A program made the position numbers and the translations under genes. From positions 1 to 64,000 of the IMG/VR virus record IMGVR_UViG_3300009149_000019: a DNA stretch of 64,000 nt; one strand, 5' to 3'. The DNA is from a virus. Every line of letters begins with the position of its first letter. Within the stretch, counting starts at the first letter, position 1. The notes under the pieces are model-generated. The model worked only from the letters and a program-made list of their open reading frames with translations. It made no database searches and was not told where the DNA came from. Positions 48,484 to 57,466 of this stretch are shown piece after piece.

Positions 48484-48796
48484 TCTTAGCTCTTTAGGTA
48501 AAGCATGCGGCTTGGGTAGTGGTGCTCAGACATCTGGAACGGTGGCTACGTGCAGTAGTAGTAATATTGGTACGTATTATGCAGGAAGTACATACACAAC
48601 AGTTTCTTATCCTTCGGTAGAAGAGGTTACCGAACTCAAAGAGACAGTAGACTTTCTGTCACACATGATTGTGTTACTTGCCCCTACAGCTCAACTTAAG
48701 ATAATGCTTCTTTTGCCTAAGACACCTGAGATAGTAAAAACAGCAATAAGGGAAAGACTTAAGATTCCTATGGATAGCCAGGAGGGAGGACTATAA
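48467..48796 (+). CDS. hypothetical protein carrying the shared C-terminal motif
   Basis: ATG 48467 after GGGAGG. Confidence 0.65.
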   Translation: MAMSSNLSSLGKACGLGSGAQTSGTVATCSSSNIGTYYAGSTYTTVSYPSVEEVTELKETVDFLSHMIVLLAPTAQLKIMLLLPKTPEIVKTAIRERLKIPMDSQEGGL

Positions 48797-49275
48797 TGAC
48801 TAGTGATAAATCCTTAAAAACTCATAAGAAATGGGAGCAGCGGCTTCGTTACTACAGAGAGTGTAACTTTTCTGATAATGATGCAAAGAAGGATAAGCAC
48901 GCAAGCATTAGGAGTCGTTTCTACGCAGCAGGTGGATGGACAGATCCTGATGCAAAAAAGGATAAAGATCATTTGATTAGGGTAGCCTACTACTCTGTGA
49001 AAGATTGGACAGACTTCGACTGGTATGTAGATTCAGATCTTGAAATAGTTAAAATGGGTATTGCTTCCTGTAGCAGGTTTAAGGACAGCACCAATCTGTA
49101 TAAGGCGCTAGGTCGAGTGTTTGAGGAAAAATCGTATAACTATGCTATAAAGCAATTAAAATTAGCTCTTACAGTTGTTCCTAAGGCAGTGCTACTTCGG
49201 TTATCCATGAAGGTCCTCGCAACTGATCCCAGAGTAAACGTGGTACTTCAAGAGATACTAACCTCGAAGACATGA
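48796..49275 (+). CDS. hypothetical protein, WxDxDWYxD paralog family
   Basis: GGWTDPDAKKDKD...DWTDFDWYVDSD. Confidence 0.7.
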   Translation: MTSDKSLKTHKKWEQRLRYYRECNFSDNDAKKDKHASIRSRFYAAGGWTDPDAKKDKDHLIRVAYYSVKDWTDFDWYVDSDLEIVKMGIASCSRFKDSTNLYKALGRVFEEKSYNYAIKQLKLALTVVPKAVLLRLSMKVLATDPRVNVVLQEILTSKT

Positions 49276-49973
49276 GGCTGATAACGGATAGTTTATCAAC
49301 GATAGAGATATCGAGAATGGTGGTCATTTCTGATATGGCTGCTTATTTTAGTTCGGGTAACGTGGTTACAAGTCAGTATCTGCGTGGCACGAACCAAGGT
49401 GAGCGGAATGTATATATGTATCTCGCAGCTTTACTAGGACACGGCTCTGGTAGCCTGTGTCGTTTGAAGAAGAAAGATAAGGATTTTCTTTCTTTTATGT
49501 ACCTTAGTGGGCCTACTGCTATAACCGAGGCTTGGGCTTCCTCTATCATGGACACCATGTTGGAAGAAAGAATCCATGAACTAAAAGCAGGACACCTCGG
49601 TGTACTTTCCCATGTGATGCCTCATATTCCGGAGTGGCTATCTATTTTCAGGAAACTTGGAGTAGCACATACAAGCGATTTGCTATCAACAAGCATCCCA
49701 GTTATGACCCTTTCTTATAAAATAAATGACCTCTTATTTGATTTTCGGATACTTGGAGCTAAATTGTACTGTCTGCTAAAAAAAGATAGGCCTGGTATAC
49801 TAAGCCGCCTGATGATGACACAGCAGTACTCAGAAGTGTTTATGGACATTCAGGATCTTGGGTGGGTTGACCAGGAAGAATTAGAGCTTCCTGAGTTTAG
49901 GATCCAGATTAATGTGGACAACTATTTTTCGTTAAGACACTTTATGAAAGAACAAAAGGAAGAGATGCCATGA
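49272..49973 (+). CDS. hypothetical protein
   Basis: ATGA coupling at both ends. Confidence 0.7.
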   Translation: MRLITDSLSTIEISRMVVISDMAAYFSSGNVVTSQYLRGTNQGERNVYMYLAALLGHGSGSLCRLKKKDKDFLSFMYLSGPTAITEAWASSIMDTMLEERIHELKAGHLGVLSHVMPHIPEWLSIFRKLGVAHTSDLLSTSIPVMTLSYKINDLLFDFRILGAKLYCLLKKDRPGILSRLMMTQQYSEVFMDIQDLGWVDQEELELPEFRIQINVDNYFSLRHFMKEQKEEMP

Positions 49974-50620
49974 AGATATGTATATGTGGTGATGTCCACG
50001 GCAAGTGGAAGTACTTGAATGACCTTATCCGGAATGAAAAGCCAGACATACTCCTAAGTTGTGGAGACTTTGGGTACTGGCCCCGGTTTAGAAATCTTAG
50101 TATAGACCAAGTTATCGCTGGAGATACAAAGATATACTTTTGTGATGGTAACCATGAGGACCACTGGGCTCTTATCGATCTAACAGATAATGAGGTAGCT
50201 CCTAATGTATTTTACATGAAAAGAGGATCTACTCTTACTTTACCTGATGGACGTGTGGTTATGTTTTTTGGAGGTGCAGACTCTATTGACAAGGGTATCA
50301 GGTTGATAGGGGTTGACTGGTTTCCGGAAGAAGTTATTTCATACAAAGACATGACTGATCTTCCAAACACAAAAATTGATATCATGATAACGCATACGTG
50401 CCCAGATTGGATGGGTGACTTAACGGATCTATTGGGGAATGCTCCGTTTACTGATCCTTCGCGCCAGGCTCTTTCACAAATATTTGATATGTATAAGCCA
50501 GCGCTTTGGTTCTTTGGTCATTGGCATGGGGCTAGGTCGGGGGAAATCGACGGATGTCGTTGGGAAATGTTGAACATGGCAGGATGTTATAACTGGTACA
50601 CTGTACTGGAGGAAGTATGA
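49970..50620 (+). CDS. calcineurin-like metallophosphoesterase
   Basis: GDVHG, GDFG, DGNHE, ITHTCP, FGHWH. Confidence 0.92.
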   Translation: MKICICGDVHGKWKYLNDLIRNEKPDILLSCGDFGYWPRFRNLSIDQVIAGDTKIYFCDGNHEDHWALIDLTDNEVAPNVFYMKRGSTLTLPDGRVVMFFGGADSIDKGIRLIGVDWFPEEVISYKDMTDLPNTKIDIMITHTCPDWMGDLTDLLGNAPFTDPSRQALSQIFDMYKPALWFFGHWHGARSGEIDGCRWEMLNMAGCYNWYTVLEEV

Positions 50621-50640
50621 CATTTTGTGAAGGAGTCACA

Positions 50641-50910
50641 ATGAAGGTTCGTTTTTTACGAGCACAGCTCCAAACGATACTAGGCGAATTCCTAAAAGGC
50701 CCAAACAGCACTGAAAACGCAGAGGGCCACGCTAAGATTGATGGTCCTATGGTGTATTTTTACTTGAACGGTTCGTACGTGTCAATGTACGGAACTATAC
50801 TGGAACCAGGAGAATGTAATGTAAACATTGACTATGTCTTAAAAAGACTGTCTCAAAGTGAAGGCACATACGTTACACTTTCTACCCAAGAGGATCTTGT
50901 TTTTGAATAA
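50641..50910 (+). CDS. small protein resembling a single beta-clamp (DnaN) domain
   Basis: MKVRFLRAQL...EPGECNVNIDYVLKRLSQSEGTYVTL. Confidence 0.45.
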   Translation: MKVRFLRAQLQTILGEFLKGPNSTENAEGHAKIDGPMVYFYLNGSYVSMYGTILEPGECNVNIDYVLKRLSQSEGTYVTLSTQEDLVFE

Positions 50911-50921
50911 CGGAGGTAACC

Positions 50922-51647
50922 ATGGATAATCCATATAAAGAATTCTTAGAGATAACGTTTCCGTTGCTTGAGAAATTCAGGGAGATTACTCCCTCTTCTT
51001 TCAAGCACTGTTCAGCGGTTGAAGGAATATGTGCTGCAGTGGGATCAGAGATCGATGATCTAACCTCTGAAGCACTACGATGTGCTGCAAGATTTCACGA
51101 TGTGGGTAAGATGTTTAACCCGCATTACTTTATAGAAAATCAAGATGGTACAAACAATCCGCATGATGAGTTGGATCCTTTAATGTCATACCAGATAATT
51201 ACCAGGCATGTATCAGACTCTGTTCTGGTACTTGTACAGTACGACTTTCCTAAGGATGTTATTGACATTGTGTCACAACACCATGGAAACACAATTGTTC
51301 AGTTTTTCTTTCAGAAGTCGGGCTTAGCTAATGAAGAGGCCTATAGATATAAGTGCCGACCACCTGCTACCACAGAGGCCGCTATCCTTATGATTGTGGA
51401 TGCAGTAGAAGCAACTGCTAGGTCAGTTTACCAGAAAGGATTAATGGATACTCCTGAGTCCAGGAAGCAAGTAGTGACTGATACGATAGAACGCTTGAGT
51501 GAGGACAGCCAGCTTGATCATCTGAAGCTTGGTGTTCTCAAGATTATAAAGCGAGTCATCACAAGAGAGCTTGATGCCCTCTTTCATAAACGTATTCCCT
51601 ATCCAGAGGATGAATCCTCTGAGTCCAAAGCAAAAAAGAAGAAGTAA
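50922..51647 (+). CDS. standalone HDIG/HD phosphohydrolase of the 7TM-HD (PgpH) type
   Basis: FHDVGK, YFIENQ, NPHD, HVSD, QHHG, YRY, EAAILMIVDAVEA; no TM segments. Confidence 0.88.
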   Translation: MDNPYKEFLEITFPLLEKFREITPSSFKHCSAVEGICAAVGSEIDDLTSEALRCAARFHDVGKMFNPHYFIENQDGTNNPHDELDPLMSYQIITRHVSDSVLVLVQYDFPKDVIDIVSQHHGNTIVQFFFQKSGLANEEAYRYKCRPPATTEAAILMIVDAVEATARSVYQKGLMDTPESRKQVVTDTIERLSEDSQLDHLKLGVLKIIKRVITRELDALFHKRIPYPEDESSESKAKKKK

Positions 51648-51675
51648 GTTTAGTAAGTTACTAAGGTAACCAAAA

Positions 51676-51711
51676 CGCGCTATCCCACTCACCAGGGTAG
51701 TGCGCATTTTT
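51676..51711 (+). terminator. terminator-like hairpin
   Basis: CGCGCTATCCC...GGGTAGTGCG-CATTTTT. Confidence 0.6.
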
Positions 51712-51728
51712 AATAAAGGAGTGCGTGT

Positions 51729-52322
51729 ATGACAGAGAGCTTGATTGACTTAAATGAGCGTTTGTGGCAGGCAGTTATGGTAGACGCCGTGGAGGAGGCA
51801 AAATTTCTTATACAGTGCGGAGCTGATATTGGTTACATGATGGCTGATCGCTCCCTCTTAGATGTAGCGGTTTCAAAGGGGTGCGTTAACGCTGTAAAGC
51901 TTCTCCTCAAAGCAGGGGCTGATGTTAACAGCATGTTTTATTGTACTACTACAAGCATCGTCTTAGCTTGTGAGCTGGGCAACAAGGAGATAGTGGAGAC
52001 GTTACTTGAGGCAGGTGCTGATGTTAACGATGTTGGGGTGAGTGGATTATCTCCTCTTATAGCAGCATCTGCTTTTAACAAAATGGATCTAGTGTCTTTA
52101 TTGTTGGAAAGAGGAGCATATCCTGACATAAAAGATCATGATGGAAGGACTGCACTGTTTTATGCGTGCCGACACGGCAGTAAAATGGTAGAGGTACTCC
52201 TCAAGTATGGAGCAGACCCTTCAATAGAGGATAAATCAGGAAACACCTGTCATGATCGTATCTTATGTAAAAATAATGACATCTATAAGCTACTGAGGGA
52301 AGCACTACCGAAAGAACTGTAG
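51729..52322 (+). CDS. ankyrin repeat protein
   Basis: About 5 repeats, including LLKAGADVN, GLSPLIAA and GRTALFYAC. Confidence 0.95.
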   Translation: MTESLIDLNERLWQAVMVDAVEEAKFLIQCGADIGYMMADRSLLDVAVSKGCVNAVKLLLKAGADVNSMFYCTTTSIVLACELGNKEIVETLLEAGADVNDVGVSGLSPLIAASAFNKMDLVSLLLERGAYPDIKDHDGRTALFYACRHGSKMVEVLLKYGADPSIEDKSGNTCHDRILCKNNDIYKLLREALPKEL

Positions 52323-52336
52323 AATATCTAGGGTAT

Positions 52337-52366
52337 TTGACAACACAAGGCATTACGTGGTAATTT
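52337..52366 (+). promoter_or_regulatory. sigma70-type promoter
   Basis: TTGACA-18 nt-TAATTT with an extended -10 TG, in an intergenic gap. Confidence 0.5.
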
Positions 52367-52399
52367 ATTATAGCGTCATGCCTTACGGAGGATTTTCAT

Positions 52400-52633
52400 T
52401 TGATAGAACTATTAAAAGCAAGATGCCAAGAAGACGAGGCGGTGTTTATTCCTATTCAGAACATTGGTAACATTTCTGTTATAAAGGAAGAAGGCACTGG
52501 AGTAGAACCACAGTTCTCTATTTTGTATTTTGACAAAAGAGGGCAGGTGATTACGAAAAAAGAAGGATTCGCATCATTCTCTCAGGCAGTTACTGCCGTT
52601 GAGAGGGCAGGACTAGTTATCACTATTGAATAA
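52400..52633 (+). CDS. hypothetical protein
   Basis: TTG after GGAGG. Confidence 0.6.
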   Translation: MIELLKARCQEDEAVFIPIQNIGNISVIKEEGTGVEPQFSILYFDKRGQVITKKEGFASFSQAVTAVERAGLVITIE

Positions 52634-52641
52634 AGTAGGGG

Positions 52642-53283
52642 GTGGGTATGTCTAGCTACGAGCGATGTTGCTATGCTGCCCACATAGAGTATGTTCGTAT
52701 TCGATCAAAGAGATCTCCGAAAGGACTAGACAAGTATAGGATGTGGGATAGCAAAAGACACACGTTTTTCGGAGACAAGTGTTGGAAAAACAGAACTAGG
52801 CGTATTAGACAATGGGATATAGATTCAAGTAGAGATAAGCCCCTATGGTTTCTGTATAGACATATAGGAGACTGGTGGTCCCCTGCTCCTATGAGACGGT
52901 GGTCGGAGTTTCTTGAGAAGAATCGTAAGCAAAGTATTCGAAATAAGTTTTGGCCTGAAATTAGAGAGCTAAATCGCTCTTGGAAAAAGATAGAGACAAT
53001 GATGGTGGGGCTGGCTACTACGCTACCAGAGGCTGCTATATTGTTGGAGGAGTTTCTAGACATAGAAGATTCGTTGTTAGTTTTTAATAAAAAGGCGGTA
53101 GACCCTGAGGATGACACAGAGGTATTCAAGGAAGCGTTTAGAAAAATAATTAGGATTTTGATTAAGCTTCCTCCAGCTTACTTTACTAGAGCTGTGTTGT
53201 TTAACGACCTTGGTATACCTGGTTACTTGGTTGGCGAGGTTAACCAAAAGTTGACAGATCAAAGACAACTTGATACTGTTTAA
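52642..53283 (+). CDS. hypothetical protein carrying the shared C-terminal motif
   Basis: 213-aa ORF with a Trp/Arg-rich N-terminal half. Confidence 0.7.
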   Translation: MGMSSYERCCYAAHIEYVRIRSKRSPKGLDKYRMWDSKRHTFFGDKCWKNRTRRIRQWDIDSSRDKPLWFLYRHIGDWWSPAPMRRWSEFLEKNRKQSIRNKFWPEIRELNRSWKKIETMMVGLATTLPEAAILLEEFLDIEDSLLVFNKKAVDPEDDTEVFKEAFRKIIRILIKLPPAYFTRAVLFNDLGIPGYLVGEVNQKLTDQRQLDTV

Positions 53284-53353
53284 TGTAACTACAAATAATT
53301 TACAAGTGAGGCACAGAAAAAGGTCTGTGCCTATTCATAAGGAGGTTTACTTA

Positions 53354-54451
53354 ATGTCAGATTCTTTCATTTCTTATTCTTTTGTCAAAAACAACTATGG
53401 TCCATTTGGAATGGAGCCTTTGGAAGAAAGGACCATTGAGCTGCTTAGGAAACAGCTAGGTAAGGGGTCTTTTCAGTTTGTGAAAAGCGGACTTGTAATT
53501 GTACAGGTTATAGACACGGATCAACTCCTGAGTGTTTTCAGTTCCCTAGGTGACCCCATTATGCTGAGCGGTACAACGTTTCTTATTGTTAAGAAAAATA
53601 AGAGTTGTATTTATTTTAATATTAATCGCTACAGCGATCATGCCAGACTTGAATGGGTGACACACGTCAACAAGCAGGAAGACATGGAAGACGTGTGCAC
53701 AGCGGTATCCAATGTATTAAAAGACCTGGAGATAACACATCATGTCATTGCGGGAGTGAAGTGGTACCACAATACGGTAAAGGGAATAAAGAAAGCCGAG
53801 ATTACAGAGTTTCTTGGTGATACTTTCCATAAAGAGGCCTACCCTTTTCTAGGGGATGTTGATCAGGTCATCTCTGACTACTTAGAGTCATCTGAAAAGG
53901 TGATTGTACTGAAAGGCCCTCCAGGAACGGGTAAGACACGGTTCATCAGACATCTTATGAGAACTATAGGCCTTGCACGTAGGAACTATGTACATGCTTC
54001 ATTTACGAGTGACACTGCGGTTCTTCACAGTGATGAGATGTTTGTTGAGTTCATGGAGTCAGGGGATCAGGTTCTTATCTTGGAAGACATTGATTTTAAT
54101 CTTGCTCCAAGAAAGGATGGTAATACATCCATGTATCACCTCTTGACAATATCAGACAGTATCTTAAGTAATGCACGGTTTAAGGTTGTAGTATCAACAA
54201 ACCTTAGCTGTGTGAAAGATATAGACCCTGCCTTGTTGCGTCCTGGGCGATGCTTTCAGGTCCTTGAATTTCGTGAGCTAACAATTGCAGAAAGCAAGAA
54301 GCTGTTGGCAGCAATGGGAAAGAAGTTACCAAAAGAGGTTCTTAGCAGAAAAAGCCTCTCTTTGGCTGAGATATATAGGATAGCGTCAGGACGTGCTACT
54401 ACTGCCCCTGAGCAGAAAACATTTGGCCTAATGGCCCAACTACCATCTTAG
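53354..54451 (+). CDS. AAA+ ATPase
   Basis: GPPGTGKT, ILEDID, STN, IDPALLRPGRC; ATG 53354 after AAGGAGG. Confidence 0.9.
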   Translation: MSDSFISYSFVKNNYGPFGMEPLEERTIELLRKQLGKGSFQFVKSGLVIVQVIDTDQLLSVFSSLGDPIMLSGTTFLIVKKNKSCIYFNINRYSDHARLEWVTHVNKQEDMEDVCTAVSNVLKDLEITHHVIAGVKWYHNTVKGIKKAEITEFLGDTFHKEAYPFLGDVDQVISDYLESSEKVIVLKGPPGTGKTRFIRHLMRTIGLARRNYVHASFTSDTAVLHSDEMFVEFMESGDQVLILEDIDFNLAPRKDGNTSMYHLLTISDSILSNARFKVVVSTNLSCVKDIDPALLRPGRCFQVLEFRELTIAESKKLLAAMGKKLPKEVLSRKSLSLAEIYRIASGRATTAPEQKTFGLMAQLPS

Positions 54452-54463
54452 GAGGTTTAATCG

Positions 54464-56209
54464 ATGGAGACAAAACGAATGCTGTTTAACCAGCTACTGG
54501 CGAAAGTTCGAGAACTTATATCGGAGGGAGAGGTTGTATCTATGGTGTTTAGGGGTGATACCTTTAGAATCCTGTCTGTTGATAGGAAGTTAGGTAGAAT
54601 AAAGTTCTATGATACCGGGAAAACTCTTCCCCTGAATAAAGATGGAATTTTTATCTGGAAAACTGACAGGTTTCTTGTTCCCATCTCTGGCTCCTTACTT
54701 GGGGATGTCAGGGAATTTGATGTGTGGCCAATCTTTAATGGTTCTCCTGAGTTTGCATGTACTTTGTTTAGGTCTTCTACGGGAACCCATATAGCAGACA
54801 GCATCAAAGTACTAGTAGCATACCTAGTGGAAAGTCTAAAGAGCGCAAATCCGCATCCATCCAGGGTAGTTACGATTGATAAAAAGCTGTATGACGACAA
54901 CTTTGTGTCAATTAAGAGTGCTGCCAAGACGCTCTCTGTTAACGAGGACATTGTTCTGAACGGGGCAGCCGATTGGAAGAAGAAGAAGGAACTGGGTCTT
55001 CCTTTCATTGAAAGGACACAGGGAAATGTACTTCTTTACGATGTGATTGATTATGTTAATACCGTAAAGGTTACTACTGAAGAAGCTAAAGCACTTCCTG
55101 AAAAGGAAGTCGCTACAAGAGTAGATGCGTCCAAAACGTCAATTGGTGCATTCGCATTAGAACAAAAGGAGTCAATAGCAATGAAGAGGATATCAGAAGT
55201 TGTGAAAGAAGTAGGATGCCCGTACCACAAGGTACACGGCATGGTCGCGTCAGGGAAAGTTAAGTGTGCAAGCAAGAAAGTTGTTAAGGGCAGAAATATA
55301 TATTACCTTGACGCTGATGCTGTTGACGCGGTAAAGGCTGAACTTGCTAAGGGGAACAGAAAAGGTGGCCTTAGGCCTGACCCTGAGCTAACGACCTTAA
55401 ATCAGCTGGCCAAAGAGATTAAAATCGACTACTATCATGTCAGGAAAGCAGCCGTCACCTTGGGTGTATGTCCTACAAGGGAAGATACTCAGGGTAAGAG
55501 GACTGTTGCATACTATAATAAGGACACAATAGACATGATTAAAAGTGCCGTTCTCCTCACTACATGGAAACCGAAGACATCTCAGAGTGATGACCCTAGC
55601 CCGCGTCCTACTATGGTCCCCACGATGAAGTATGTGAAACTCCCTTGGCATGGACATAGAAGCCCATCCCCTATCGTAAAAAGCGCACGTAAGTTGGTTG
55701 TTGATATGGGTGAGACCTTTTCGAGCTTTAGCAAAAAGTGTAAACTTTCGGATGTTTGTGTGAGAAGCATTCTTCTCGGAATGAACGCCCCTCAAGAGAA
55801 GACCATAAGAAAAATTGGAATCGGGGTCGCTATTCTCAAAAAGGAAAGAGAATGTTTAGAAAATATGGCGGATACTACTACTCCGCTAAATATGAAGAAG
55901 CCTATCATACAACCCCAGACACCAGATACTCCGGCATATGGTGACACGGTTACAGATCTCCCGAAGCCAATCAGATCCAGAAGTAAGGATCCTATTGCAT
56001 CACAAGAGTATGAGCCAATAGACCTTCAAATTGTGATGTATGGTGTCGTTGGCGGAGTCAGTGCGTGTTCTGCTATCATCGATGAAAAAATCGCAGTGCT
56101 GACAAATACACTGAAGGCATCACCAAACAAAGAGAACCTTTCAAAAGCAATTGAGTCTTTTAGGAGGGATATTCGTAAGATAGTGGAGAATCTTAATAAG
56201 TTAGTTTAA
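54464..56209 (+). CDS. multi-domain protein with several HTH-like segments
   Basis: SIKSAAKTLSV, RISEVVKEVGCPY, TLNQLAKEIKIDY, FSSFSKKCKLSDVCVRSILLG. Confidence 0.6.
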   Translation: METKRMLFNQLLAKVRELISEGEVVSMVFRGDTFRILSVDRKLGRIKFYDTGKTLPLNKDGIFIWKTDRFLVPISGSLLGDVREFDVWPIFNGSPEFACTLFRSSTGTHIADSIKVLVAYLVESLKSANPHPSRVVTIDKKLYDDNFVSIKSAAKTLSVNEDIVLNGAADWKKKKELGLPFIERTQGNVLLYDVIDYVNTVKVTTEEAKALPEKEVATRVDASKTSIGAFALEQKESIAMKRISEVVKEVGCPYHKVHGMVASGKVKCASKKVVKGRNIYYLDADAVDAVKAELAKGNRKGGLRPDPELTTLNQLAKEIKIDYYHVRKAAVTLGVCPTREDTQGKRTVAYYNKDTIDMIKSAVLLTTWKPKTSQSDDPSPRPTMVPTMKYVKLPWHGHRSPSPIVKSARKLVVDMGETFSSFSKKCKLSDVCVRSILLGMNAPQEKTIRKIGIGVAILKKERECLENMADTTTPLNMKKPIIQPQTPDTPAYGDTVTDLPKPIRSRSKDPIASQEYEPIDLQIVMYGVVGGVSACSAIIDEKIAVLTNTLKASPNKENLSKAIESFRRDIRKIVENLNKLV

Positions 56210-56215
56210 TGGAAT

Positions 56216-56250
56216 AGGGCTCCTTGGTATATAACTGAGGAGCCCTTTTT
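56216..56250 (+). terminator. terminator-like hairpin with a TATATAA loop
   Basis: AGGGCTCCTTGG-TATATAA-CTGAGGAGCCCT-TTTT. Confidence 0.75.
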
Positions 56251-56260
56251 AGGAGAAAAC

Positions 56261-56986
56261 ATGAAAGCGATTTATTTTACTCGTGGGAGGGCAAAAGAAT
56301 ACTGTGAGTGCGCCATTAACATCTATACTGGTTGTGATCATGGCTGCACGTATTGCTATGGTGCGTCCGTCCTTCATATGACACGAGAAAAGTTTGCTAA
56401 CCCTGTTACCAGGAATAATCTTATAAACAGTATAAAAAAAGAAGCTCCTGCATTTAAGGGCAAGGAGGTTCAGTTATGCTTTGTCACGGATCCCTATCAG
56501 GTATTTGATCAGGAGGTTAGACTGACAAGGGAAGTTATTGAGGTTCTCCATGAAAGTGGAGTTAAGGTATCTATTTTGACAAAAGGTGGGAACAGAAGTC
56601 TGGTTGACTTCGATCTCTTTGAGAAGAATCCATCTTTATCTAAATATGGAACTACCCTGACCTTTCTGGATGAAGCTAAATCATTGGAATGGGAACCAGG
56701 GGCAGCACCTCCTGAGGAACGCATAAACGCCCTTCAGAAGGCAAAAGAGATCGGAGTGGAGACTTGGGTCAGTCTGGAGCCAGTTCTCGATCCACAGGCT
56801 GTATACTCAATAATAGAGAGAACACACACCTTCGTGGATATGTTCAAGGTAGGAACCTGGAATTATCATGAGGACGCCAAGAAGATTGACTGGAAACTTT
56901 TTGGTACAACTGCTAAAGAACTAATGGATCATTTGGGATGTAACTACTATCTCAAAAATGATCTGGTAGAGAAGATGAACGGTTAA
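56261..56986 (+). CDS. radical SAM protein (SPL/Rv2578c-like)
   Basis: NIYTGCDHGCTYCY, TDPYQ, ILTK, WEPGA..PEERI, SLEP. Confidence 0.88.
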   Translation: MKAIYFTRGRAKEYCECAINIYTGCDHGCTYCYGASVLHMTREKFANPVTRNNLINSIKKEAPAFKGKEVQLCFVTDPYQVFDQEVRLTREVIEVLHESGVKVSILTKGGNRSLVDFDLFEKNPSLSKYGTTLTFLDEAKSLEWEPGAAPPEERINALQKAKEIGVETWVSLEPVLDPQAVYSIIERTHTFVDMFKVGTWNYHEDAKKIDWKLFGTTAKELMDHLGCNYYLKNDLVEKMNG

Positions 56987-57006
56987 ATAAGTGAAGTTAC
57001 TTTATA

Positions 57007-57039
57007 GGAATGGGCTGGAAACGTAGCCCATTTCTTTTT
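57007..57039 (+). terminator. terminator-like hairpin
   Basis: GAATGGGCTG-GAAACG-TAGCCCATTT-CTTTTT. Confidence 0.7.
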
Positions 57040-57050
57040 GGAGGAAAATT

Positions 57051-57446
57051 ATGTCAAGCTTGAAAAAATATTTAGACTGTTTTATTGTATCTGTGCCTAC
57101 TTTCCATGTTTATATTCCAGCTGAGCACATCATGCAGATAGGTGGGATAATTAGTGAGAAAAGTTCCAATGGAGAAACTATTTATATTATTAAACTTCAT
57201 CTTAAAGACATTGACAGTCCTACGAAACTCCAAGTGGCAGACGTAGATGACGCTAGAAAGGTTATAACTCTTCTCTATAAACAGCTAAGTCGTTATCATT
57301 TATTTAAGAATGTGATTTCCATGATGGGATCAGTTCCCCCATCAGTTTTAAAAAACATGCTGTTAAGCTTAGATGGGGAAGATCCATTAAAAGATATGAT
57401 TGTTGCAACACTGTCAACTCAGGAACGAGAGGAAAATAACAAATAA
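57051..57446 (+). CDS. hypothetical protein carrying the shared C-terminal motif
   Basis: GGAGG SD; N-terminal half resembles 52400-52633. Confidence 0.7.
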   Translation: MSSLKKYLDCFIVSVPTFHVYIPAEHIMQIGGIISEKSSNGETIYIIKLHLKDIDSPTKLQVADVDDARKVITLLYKQLSRYHLFKNVISMMGSVPPSVLKNMLLSLDGEDPLKDMIVATLSTQEREENNK

Positions 57447-57466
57447 TTTAAGGAGGAGGATCCTTT

